A stretch of DNA of 64,000 nt from Malacoraja senta (taxonomy: Eukaryota). The notes below the pieces were generated by a model, which made no database searches, had not been told where the DNA came from, and saw nothing but the letters and a program-made list of their open reading frames with translations. Every line of letters begins with the position of its first letter. Positions within the stretch are counted from its first letter, which is position 1. Below, one piece after another: positions 51,959 through 62,279 of this stretch. A program made the position numbers and the translations under genes. The stretch covers positions 178,498,001-178,562,000 of the forward strand of contig CM075978.1 of the NCBI GenBank assembly GCA_038087875.1, written 5' to 3'.

Positions 51959-53759
51959 TGGTGGAGGCAGGTTCGATGTTTTTCTTTAAAAATAGATTGG
52001 ATGGGTATATGGACGGGAAAGGAATGGAGGGTTATGGTCTGAGTGCAGGTAGATCGGACTAGGGGGAAGTAAAAATTTTTTTTTAAAAGAAAAGAAAGTG
52101 TTCGGCACGGACTTGAAGGGCCGAGATGGCCTGTTTCCGTGCTGTTATGGTTATATGGTTATATCTATCTTTCCCACTCAACCCCATTCTCCTGCTTTCT
52201 ATCCATAACCCCCAGGCATCCGTACATATTAATAATCTGTCAATTTCCACCTTAGAAATGTCCATTGACTTGCCCTCCACAGCTGGTGGACAAGCAGGTC
52301 TTAGCCACTCAAACCTCAATTGTATTTATTCTGATTGCTATCGCGATTTAGAATCAGACAGCACAGAAACAGACACTTCAGCCCACACCGACCATCAACC
52401 ATTCCCCATTTTATACTCCCACTGATCCCATATAATTCTCCTCACATTCCAATCAACTCCCCCCCAGATTCTAGCACCCAGCAACAATAGGGATTATTAA
52501 CAGCCACCAATTAACCTGCATCTCCTTAGAACGCGAGAGGCAACTCTCATATCCAGGAAGGAGAATGTGCAAACTCCACCTAGACAGTGAGGTCAGGATT
52601 GAACCCAAATTAAGATAGCATTTCTACTCACTACACCCCTGTGTTGCCCCATATTAACCTTTCACCCCCATCTTTATCAAGTACCCGATTGCATATATCT
52701 ACCAGTTGCCAATATGCTTGGGATTTTTAGGGACAGTGGGAAAACTATATTCATGAAAAATAAAAAAGATATTTAATCTAGTGTAACCGGTCTGCACCTC
52801 TTGGGCAGGAGAAAGTTCCTGACAAGCATCATTTATAGCCCTGTCTTGGAATCATCTCACAACTTATTGGTTGTACAATCACTACCTTGAAGCCAGTGTG
52901 CGAGCCAACATTTACAATGTATTCTGGGCGAGCGGGCGGGGGAGGGGGGGGGGAGTTGGAATACCCAGACACACAAACTGGAAAAGTTAGATGAAATGTA
53001 ATAAAGAAAAACCGTGCACGAGACTAGAAGCTGAACTAAGAAATTAGTAAGAAAATAGGAGAGAAGTATGTACAGTCATGGTGACTAGTTCAGTTACAGG
53101 AGTTCAATGCAGTGGCCTGGCCTAACTCAGACCTGCTCCCTCAGTTCTTACCCATGTACTTTGATAACTTTCCACCCACTTTTGTGACCTATCTTGGACC
53201 CTTTATTAGGCCACCCTTGCAAGGGATACATTAGCTACCAACACACGAGTCTATGGTCATTTCACCAACACACAAGTCTATGGTCTTCTCCAACTTCACT
53301 TCCTACTTTGGGCAGGAGTGGTCCAAATGTCCCCTCATGCTACTCTGCCATTTAAGAAGATTATGGCTGATCCAATTAGAATCTCAACTCGATGTGCTCG
53401 ACTATTGCTGGTAACATTTCCACCACCTTGTCAAAAATCTACCAACCCCTGCCTTAGAGTCAAGCCTTTCATTTTCCCGCAGTCTGAGGTAGAGTTAGAA
53501 AGAGTTGTGACCATCAGAAAAATAAAATTTGCTTGTCAGGTCTTAAACAACCCTAGTCCTAAATTCTCTCAAAGGATCAAATCTCCTCATATTCACCCTT
53601 TCAACAACCTCAAAATTTTAAGGTTCAATCAAGTTTCCTAACCTCTTCTGGACTGCACAGAATGCAAGCCAACCTGTTTAACAATTCAAAGCCCCAATTT
53701 CTCCGAATTCATTTTATCTGTTCTAATGACTGCACCCTTTGATACCAATGCTTCGGAGT

Positions 53760-54360
53760 AGTTTTCCTTAATCTTGGTTTCCCCTCTGCCAGAATTTACA
53801 AGGTACTTTGATCTCCCTCACCCCATTATATCCCATCAATAGCAAAATTCCCTTGACCTCACCTTCCAAATTCCACACCCAAGAGATCATCCTCCAATTC
53901 CTGACATCTCCAATCACCGGACACGCCTTTCCTTCAGCATTCCGATGAGTCGCTCCCTCCACAGCTCCTCGATCTGCTGGTCTCCCTCTACCAGTACCTT
54001 CTTCCCATCCCACTGGAAGGTCACAATCACCTGATGCCCCTCACACTTAACCCCCTTCTTTCCTATCGGACAGGGACCCAAACACTCATTCTCAGGTGAA
54101 GCAGCAATTTAGTTGCACCTCGTCCAATTTAGCAAGAGAGCATTTCATGTTTACCAAGGTTTCCTCTGCACTGGAGGAGCCAGAGTGTGTGACCACTTTA
54201 CTCAGTCTACAAAGGCGACAACAAGCCCACAGTGCCTGTTACTTTAATTTCGTACTCATCAATTTCTATTTGTAGCTTTCGACACTGTTCCAACAAGGAA
54301 TAGCACCTCATCTTCTGACTTGACACATTATAGTATTCCGGACTCTATTTTTAGATGTTC
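53760..54360 (+). mobile_element. Heavily decayed Penelope-like fragment
   Basis: caggtgaagcagcaatttagttgcacctc and agcacctcatcttc parallel 21328-21600. Confidence 0.55.
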
Positions 54361-54784
54361 AGCTATTCCAGCCTTCCTGCACAGATTTCCAGTGTTCAGT
54401 TCCACTACCACCCTTAGTTCAGATTTCAGGAGTCTCATCCTGCTTAAACTGCCTCTCACCCCCACGCCACCAAAACTGCATTCTTCTCTACCACCCCTCC
54501 TTCAGCCAGCACCCCTACCACCTCCAACATTTACTCTTGCCTGCTTTCTATCCTGTCACAGATCTTCCATTTCATTTTGCCCCTTCTGAAGATAAAGCTC
54601 TGCTTTACAGACGCTGCCCTGCTGGAAGATTTTTAGCACTTTATATTGTGGTAATTCAGGATTGAATGAATGCATGAAAATTAAGTTGCTTACCTTGTTG
54701 CCAGTGCAAGCGTCAGAAGGGGTGATTGGATCACCTTGCAAAACAACATTGCATCGTCAATGGAATACAAATGAAATCACTTAC

Positions 54785-54858
54785 CTTGTCGTCTTGTATA
54801 GTTCCTCCATTTAAAAATGTTTCCCCACCTCAGGACATTACAAGGTGCAATTCCACAG
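54785..54858 (-). other. Candidate small exon (ends ATG GAG GAA CTA TAC AAG ACG ACA AG|gtaagt)
   Basis: Consensus donor at 54784-54779; possible acceptor cccttgtag at 54859; a second AAG|gtaagc donor lies about 90 nt further on. Confidence 0.25.
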
Positions 54859-57800
54859 CTACAAGGGACTCACTAAATGATTATTTCAAAAACAATCCTG
54901 TCTCAAACATTAACAAGGCTCTCCACACTGAATGCAACTGGAACCAAGTCCACTTGCATCTTCACTAAACATCACCCTGATAGTTTCCCAAGCAAGACAA
55001 CAGCACCACTGTAGTGAGTAACACAATAATCTTTAAAACAAATAGGGTTAGGGTTATTTTCATTGAAGGATCACTTGTTTGTTCCGAAGGTATCCGATTC
55101 AGAGTGTTTCCTCCTCCCCACACATGACGGTTGAGCTTCTGCGAGTTTTTAAAAAATAGAAACTGGAAATCCTTATCTCACAACCCAACAGCTTATTTTT
55201 TTGATAATTAATAAAACAGAACCTGGAAACTGAACAGGAAATGCTGAAAACTCAACAGGTCAGACCAGTTTTGCCTGCCAACTTTCTTTCCTTTTATTGC
55301 CCTTTCAGTTGTATATTTTGGCCTGCTGGACATATCCCAGACTATGCAACATGATCTGGACTTGGCAACATCAGCATCTTGTTACACAGACAAAAGGAGC
55401 ATAACTGCTCCTGAACCGTTACATTACTTCACTCCAACAATGAAAAGTCCTTTGTTCAACCCACTGTCAACCTCACCCCAAGTTATCTGCTACCTAGACT
55501 AACTCACATTTGCTCTCAGCTCTAAAAGGTATTCAAACACAGAAACATTGACCATTTCTCTTTTCACACGTACAGCCTGATGCCGTTTCAAGCTGACAGA
55601 CACTTGAAAGTAAGTACCATTAGATTCAAAAACTGTTTCTTCCCTGCTGTTGAATGGTCCTCTCATATGCCAAGCATGCATTCCCAATCTGTCATTGTGG
55701 CCCTTGCATTTAAAAAATATATAAATGTACTTTCGCTTTAGACATAATACCATATTCTGCACTGTTTCCTTTCTCTTTTGCACCACCTATTCATGAATTG
55801 ATTATAATGAAGTACGGATAATTTTCCTGAAAAACGTTTTCCACTGCTTCTTGGTACAGGCGACAATAATAAAACTAAACCATGCTGCATTTTTCCAGCA
55901 TTTTCTAGTTTTATGGCCGATTTTTTGATTGGTGGTGGTAACAAGGGATTGGAGTTACTTCTGGATCCGCCAGTTAAGCTTGTCCCGATCCGTACACTTT
56001 TGCACTGAACTATTGGGTGAACTAATTAACAAACAGTAATGGAAATCTACACCGATTTGCAGCTTGATGACACTTGTTGAAACTCACTCGAGTCCGAGCT
56101 AAGACTGAGCGATTATAATGGTCAATGGCATGACAGGTTTAGAGGAGAGTCAGCTTTAATCCCAGCAGGTTCAGATGTTTAATTTGAATAGGGAAATATA
56201 TGGAAATATAAATAGCAACATGCAATGCCATACTACATGAGACAGCATGGAGCAACCGAAAAATAAAGAAACAACAGGCATGGACATTTCACCGGTTAAG
56301 TTATTCTGCAAGTTAACCTGTTGCAACCTGAAATTATAGCACATTAACAGGAGTACATCAAATCTTCATCAGAATCGCAAAGGTAGCTTTTCACTGGACT
56401 TCACAAGTTGAGCTTTATACCAGAAAATGAAAATGCAAACTGCTGAGCGGTTTTCAGAATCTTATCTGGCTTCGGTTGAGAGCAGAATCTCTCAGTGTAA
56501 AGCATTCATGTTTCATTTACAACAGAAATATTTGACTACTAGTGCCCAAATACAGTGTGGGTAACACACCATTAAAGACAGTCTCCCCCACCCCACTGCA
56601 GTATGGAAGTTAGTAAGAAAGTGGTCAACAATGATCCAGTCAGCTAAACTTAAATCTACAGATTTCCCCAAAGCATTTGCCTTTTCCAAACAATGGAAAC
56701 ACCGCATTGTTAACTTTTTATCAAATATATTCAATTATGCACATCTATAATTGATTTTTTTAATCAGTCAGCGACCCATGTTGTTTTTCCATTTTAAACA
56801 TTCGCATAGTGATATTTCACTTCATTATTCATTTTTAATTGTAATTCATTTTTTTTTTTTAAACCAACGCAGAAATAAGCATTTTACATTCGGCTACAGT
56901 CTGTTTGAGGGTGTCCACTACATTAGGTTTCATCCTTTTCATATGTTCATCAGATAAAAAGCTAAACTCAATCCAAATGTTTAACCTATTCAGATTTAGC
57001 CAATTTCCCATCATACTTATTTTTGTATTAGATCTGGTTTATAAACAACCAGTTTATCCATAAATCATAATACAGTACACTGCCCCTCTTCCAAGTAATA
57101 TTGATGCACATGACTCAATCAAGGCTGGTAATGGTCCATTCAAGTGATATCCACGGCTGGTTTCACTCAGTGTTAAAACCAAATGTTTCCTTGAATGGTT
57201 TCCAGCTCTGTTAATATAACACTAAGTTAAACAAAGTCTAGAGAATATAATTTGGGTTTGTATCTTGTCTGATGCTGGAATGGTTATCTTAGATTATGAT
57301 ATTATTAGAAACACGGATGCTTTATCATTCCCCGCCAACCTATTATTACCTTGTAGGTATCACCGCAGTGTATTCCACTGAAGGATCAGGTTAGACGCAA
57401 ATTCATCTGCAATCATCACTGGATTATTATTTTTTTTTAAATCGCAGTTCTGCGAACAAAACAGTTCAAAAAGAAGTTTCGCACAATATTCAGTTATCTT
57501 TGTTACAAGTGTACATTTTATGTGATCGCAAAGTGAACTGGAAACCGTGGTCCATTTCCACGGGCAACAGACAATCCGTCTTGCACGTTGGTCGCTTTCG
57601 TGAAGCGCCTCGTAAACAAACAGAAATCATAAAACACGGTTCTTTGCAATAATACGGGCAAATGCCAGGCGGATATATAAACCTACCTTTATCAGAGCTC
57701 ATTCAAAACGCGAAGCATTGAACTATCGAAATCCCAGAGCGAGTCAGATAACTGTTGGCTGCGTGGTGTAGTTACTGTATTCGCCGCTAACGGGCTGAAT

Positions 57801-58285
57801 ATCTCGTACACATTGTACCGCATCATCATTGCTTCTCATTAATTATGAAGCACGCAGAGAGCCCCGTTTTGATGTATTGTTATTAAATAATTTGATATGC
57901 TTAATCGCATTAAGCTCCAAATATAATTAAGCTGCGCCAAAGCTAAGCTTCTCAAATCAAAATTGTTCAGAATGGGCAATTATATGCAATAGCACCCATT
58001 CAATCTTACTTCCGTTAACAAGTGTAATTAAGCAAGATAAATACATTTAGCTGGTTCCTTTCATCAGCATTATATATATTTGGGTCTGTGAAGTAACCGA
58101 AATATATGTATTACTCAACCTTTTGAAGGGTTGTAAATTTATGCTATCAATTGGAGTAAATTCCAGCTTTCTCTGGTAATTACCTGCATTAAACATAAAA
58201 CGGCTGGTAATCTGTTTACCAAGGGACCCGGTAGCTTTCAGGAATTTGTGTATATTCCATCGTGCACACAAAAAATCCTACTTAC

Positions 58286-58301
58286 ACTGCGCCCGAATCA
58301 T
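58286..58301 (-). other. Candidate 16-nt microexon ATGATTCGGGCGCAGT
   Basis: Preceded by ttgtttgtttctgttatttattgattgtcacttttcag and followed by gtaagt, inside a TE-free block. Confidence 0.5.
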
Positions 58302-59629
58302 CTGAAAAGTGACAATCAATAAATAACAGAAACAAACAAGTGATTTTTGATTGGGTGGGGACTGCAAAAGATTCCAAATCTATAATCCAGCTCTTCGGTC
58401 ACTGATCTGTTAACCATCAGGTAACAGTTCAGCAAACTAATTAGAATTGCAACCAGCAAGCTATTCCGCAATTCCCTACTAAACTACCGCCTCTCTGTTC
58501 AATTCTAACTGCTTGAAATCTGTTCATTCTAACTCGGAGAAACATTTAATTTACTTGGTGATCACCACCGTTCATTGGGAAAGTTTTAAACAAGGATATC
58601 GAAACAAACGTACTCCTGCCCGTTTGTTTTGCATTTCCTAACAGATTTTAAGCGTAATTTGCATTTAAAAAAAATACTAGCAAATAGACATGTGAATTAA
58701 CACTTCCATCAAATATTCGTCGAGCAATTAATTCCTTAAATGATAACACAGTTCCAATATCATGAAATTATATCTTTAATACGCTCAATTAATATACATC
58801 AGGAAGAGTTGTACAGGTTACTTGACGTGCAGTTTACACTTGTTTTATTTCGTTTCAAATCCGGATGCGTTTTTGATCGTTGTAACATCCCAGTCAATAA
58901 AAAAAAACAAGAAACGAGAAGTGGTCTCTAACTGGTAAACCTTCATCCAAGACGAGGAAATCCCATAACAAAATGGAAAAAAAGTAGTGCTGATGTATGC
59001 GTAAGCAAGACTAATCCAAAACAGTTTAAAAAGAGAAACATTTACATTAGCCTCTTAAGCCGTCTGCTAGCAAGTTATTCCTTCAACATTTCCAAATAAT
59101 TTTAAAGCAAGTTTTCCACTTCGAAAAAAAAATCCAAAAAAGTTAGGCATAAATCTACACAAAATCACTGCTGCAAGACAGAGCTAAAATACAACAGGGA
59201 AGGAGAAGAGGACCGGGTGGGGGAGCAATTATTGAAATGTTCCACCTTTTTCTTGGGGAAGAATGTAAGAAAAGCGCAAAAGCGGCTGCACTTAAAATAA
59301 ATACAGACAGGTTGCAATACAAATGTTTTCCACACACTGCATTGCGCCTCAGTGCCACTGGTGTGAAGTAAATTTATATTTTATAAAATAATTTATGCAC
59401 GAACATACATTCCATATTAAAAGAAAAAAAAGAAAAATCCCACAAAAATATTGGACTATATAATTCTGGCAAAAAGCAAAAAAAAAACCCATCTCAGCCG
59501 TTTGAAATTTCAAAGGCAAAAAAAAAAGTGACCTATTGCATTAATATTTCAACAAGGAAAAAAATACATTAAAAAAAAAAGAAAAAATAGCGAGTTTTGT
59601 TTGATTGTCAGTTGCCTCTTGCTACTCAC

Positions 59630-59723
59630 CAGCACGGGTTTTTAGTATCTAGTGCAGGCTGGTTGTTACAGTGTATTGTATGGAGCACACACTGGAAAAG
59701 AGACGCCAGCGTCAGCTTTAAAA
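59630..59723 (-). promoter_or_regulatory. Candidate core promoter and first exon (about 59693-59630) of an unidentified host transcript
   Basis: TATA-like TTTTAAAG starting at 59723, Inr-like TTCCAGT with its A at 59693 (30 nt downstream), donor CTG|gtgagt at 59629-59624; CpG-enriched, TE-free region. Confidence 0.45.
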
Positions 59724-59859
59724 TGGCTACCCAGTTTCTAACCATCAATTCGGGCAACCCTTTCCATCTCGCCGTGTAGCGTCACCGGTGATGGGAGGTG
59801 GAACTGATATCTCTGCTCATGTCCGCTGGGGCTTTGTGACACAAGGATGGCGCGGCTGC

Positions 59860-59897
59860 CAGGACTTGAGACAGGCAACAGGACTTGAGACAGGCAA
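59860..59897. repeat. Perfect 19-bp tandem duplication
   Basis: caggacttgagacaggcaa x2. Confidence 0.95.
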
Positions 59898-60229
59898 GCG
59901 TTTCACTGTCATAAACAATGGCACTGTAGATTATCCTGATGATTTTTAAACCTCCCCCTTCAGATCTTTATCATTTGTGTCCCTGTACTTGAAATCCTTG
60001 TATGAGCACGTTGTGAATTGCAGTTTGCACAGCACAATAATGTCATGCCATGGCAGCGAATTATCCTTTTAAGTGTAGTAGTGGTCCTTTCAGAGTTGTT
60101 TATTCAAGGTTTGCTGAGTACATGTAAAAGATGTAGAGTCTATGTTAACAAAGAGTGTGGGTTGGGAGATTCAAGTCAATTTGCTTTTACAAGTATGGTG
60201 AGGAATAGGTATCATGAAAATTTTGCTTG

Positions 60230-60272
60230 CAGGCACATACACTCGAACACAGGCACATACACTCGAACACAG
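60230..60272. repeat. Perfect 20-bp tandem duplication
   Basis: caggcacatacactcgaaca x2. Confidence 0.95.
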
Positions 60273-60849
60273 AAAACATAAAATACACGTACATTTTGTT
60301 GGACACTTAAAATGAAAAATACTGCAAAAAAATCCCAAGTTTATTTACAACTTAGTTTATTGCCACGTGTACCGAAGTACAGTGAAAATCTTTTGATGCA
60401 TTATATCCAGTCAGCTGAAAGACAATACATAATTACAATCGAGACACTTACAGTGTATAGATAGGAAAAATAATACTTTATTGTCACATGTGATACATAA
60501 ATGATCCATGATAGGTGCAAAATACAATTAGAAAACAAGTCCATGAGATGGTCCGTGGTGTTTTTACCTGAGGAGTAGAGAGTTTGAATGTGTCGCTGGG
60601 TGAGAATGAGAATGAGGTGAAGAGTCTATTGCAGGATGGCTTTTCCACTGCTTGTATGGTGAGCCTCAATCAGGGACTGAAGCGCAACAAAGTGTTTGCA
60701 TTGACAATGTGGCATCAGAAGTAGGAGTAGGGGATGGTCTAGTTTGGAGGATGGACAGAATCCCAAAGGCCTGCAGGGTGCCAGCGTTCAGGACTTTTCC
60801 GAGGGGTTAGAGTGGAAGGGGAAAGATCCATTTGCAGTGGTCCATGTGC

Positions 60850-62036
60850 TGGCAATCGATGCCGATTTTTAGAGCGCACCTTTCCAATCTGCGCTCCCAG
60901 CAACAACGATCAATGCTTCACTGCTTAGCATGTAATACCCAGTCTTGTTTTTCAATATCCCGTCAATCGGATACCAATTCTGCGCAGGGCCTTTAACCCA
61001 ACTTATCTGAACGGAACAATTTTTTTTGTTTTCGCCAGCAGCTACAGCTACCAACTACGACCATGTTTTACGAGAGGGCCTTTAACCCAGAAAAGAGGGC
61101 CTTTAACCCAACTCTGATGTTATTATGGACCTTTGACCCAGGAGGGCCTCTAACCCCAAAAGGCACCAACGCCCTCAGTGCTTGCTAGACTTTGTTCTAC
61201 GATCTCGTTGGGACCCTTTCCCAAGCCTGCGAATGCTCGATCTGCTCCGACTAGCAAAGTGACGAAAATCAGTGCGAAAACTGCACCGTGGCGCTGATTA
61301 CTGCACTCGCGATTGGGAACAGCTCAACACCCTTAATAGCAAACTTGTGTTTGGGGGTCTGTTGAGATCCCGGACGAGCCCCCAATGTAAATAAGCTCTT
61401 TCTAAGCTTCCCCCCAGTCTAAGTCAATCAATAAACCACAAATGCAAGCACTGGAACAACTATACTTTATTTTTAGAGAACACAACAAATCACCTTATAC
61501 GATACCTAAACCACTGCAGTTTCGATCCTTGTATCTGCTTGGCCAAGCTCTTTAGCCTCGTGCAAGCACAAACACTCCAAATGGTCACGCAGTCCCAAGC
61601 GCTCTTCCAGAAGATTGACAACGGACCTCGTGGGGGCTGCCTTATATAGGTCCCCAAACCTTGAGAGGCTGAACTACAGAGGGGTGGTATATTTACAATC
61701 CATTCAAGTATAACAAATTACAATAATACATTACTGACAGGTACACAGGCCAGTTCCAGAATCTTCTCACATTGTTGCAGGTGAAGCTTCTGGAAGAGGC
61801 TAACAGAACCTTGGATATGCAACATTTATCCTGGGATTCAAACAAACCAGTCAGGGCTTAACATTTCAACCAATCAACACTTATCAGGGTAACTGTCTCG
61901 CAACATTATTTACAATATATACAAGGCTCTTGCAGAGAACCTATCAATTTTATGCATTTTGTTTGTTTGCAGGGATTATATACATTTTATCAATTAAGGG
62001 GAAATGAGGAGAACACCTGGATCCTTCAGCCTTACA
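60850..62036 (-). mobile_element. Truncated endogenous retrovirus-like element: 5' LTR, PBS and leader
   Basis: LTR 62036-61386 (TGTAA...TTACA), TATATAA 61648-61642, AATAAA 61471-61466, then a tRNA-Pro PBS; left boundary approximate. Confidence 0.85.
61367..61384 (-). promoter_or_regulatory. Primer-binding site, tRNA-Pro
   Basis: TGGGGGCTCGTCCGGGAT, the 18-nt MLV-type tRNA-Pro PBS, 1 nt after the LTR-terminal TACA. Confidence 0.93.
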
Positions 62037-62279
62037 TATCAATCTGATGCCCAGACTGGTCATCGCCATCCACAGCCTGCAAATTTCCACTGTCAAAGGT
62101 TATGCAATTCTGACAAATGGAGGGATCCTCCATTTTATGGTGTCTTTAATTTGGTCAATATTAACACATGTAGCAACTAATGACATGGATAGGGCAGAGA
62201 TGGAGATTCTGCTAAAACAAAATGAACATGAAGGGTCCAAATTACAAGGCAGAACATGAAACATAACAATCTCAGCATT

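Larger units (their letters stand above)
40854..52162 (+). mobile_element. CR1-B LINE (ORF1 esterase-like end, ORF2 APE-RT, 3' UTR) in three pieces: 40854-42768, 47495-48701, 51959-52162
   Basis: ORF1 with DGLHLN (40885-41160); APE motifs FNARS, ISETW, GDFN, SDH; RT YADD; (atatggtt)n tail; collinear with the uninterrupted copy at 62280-64000. Confidence 0.92.
40790..52290 (-). repeat. Old CR1 3' tail split in two (40790-40853 and 52163-52290); outermost layer of the nest
   Basis: ggccattcggcccatc...catgcctgatct joins atctatctttcccactcaaccccattctcc; atct at 40850-40853 and 52163-52166 is a possible TSD. Confidence 0.7.

Noticed and set aside
59630-59745. MVRNWVAILKLTLASLFQCVLH... as a signal-peptide first coding exon
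   Set aside because: It starts upstream of the TATA/Inr-like pair and hits a stop whether spliced to the microexon or unspliced; no recognisable protein. Kept only as a possible uORF.
60987-61156. Repeat-spacer pattern as a CRISPR array
   Set aside because: 13-bp repeats with irregular spacing, eukaryotic context and no cas genes; they lie in a retroviral leader.
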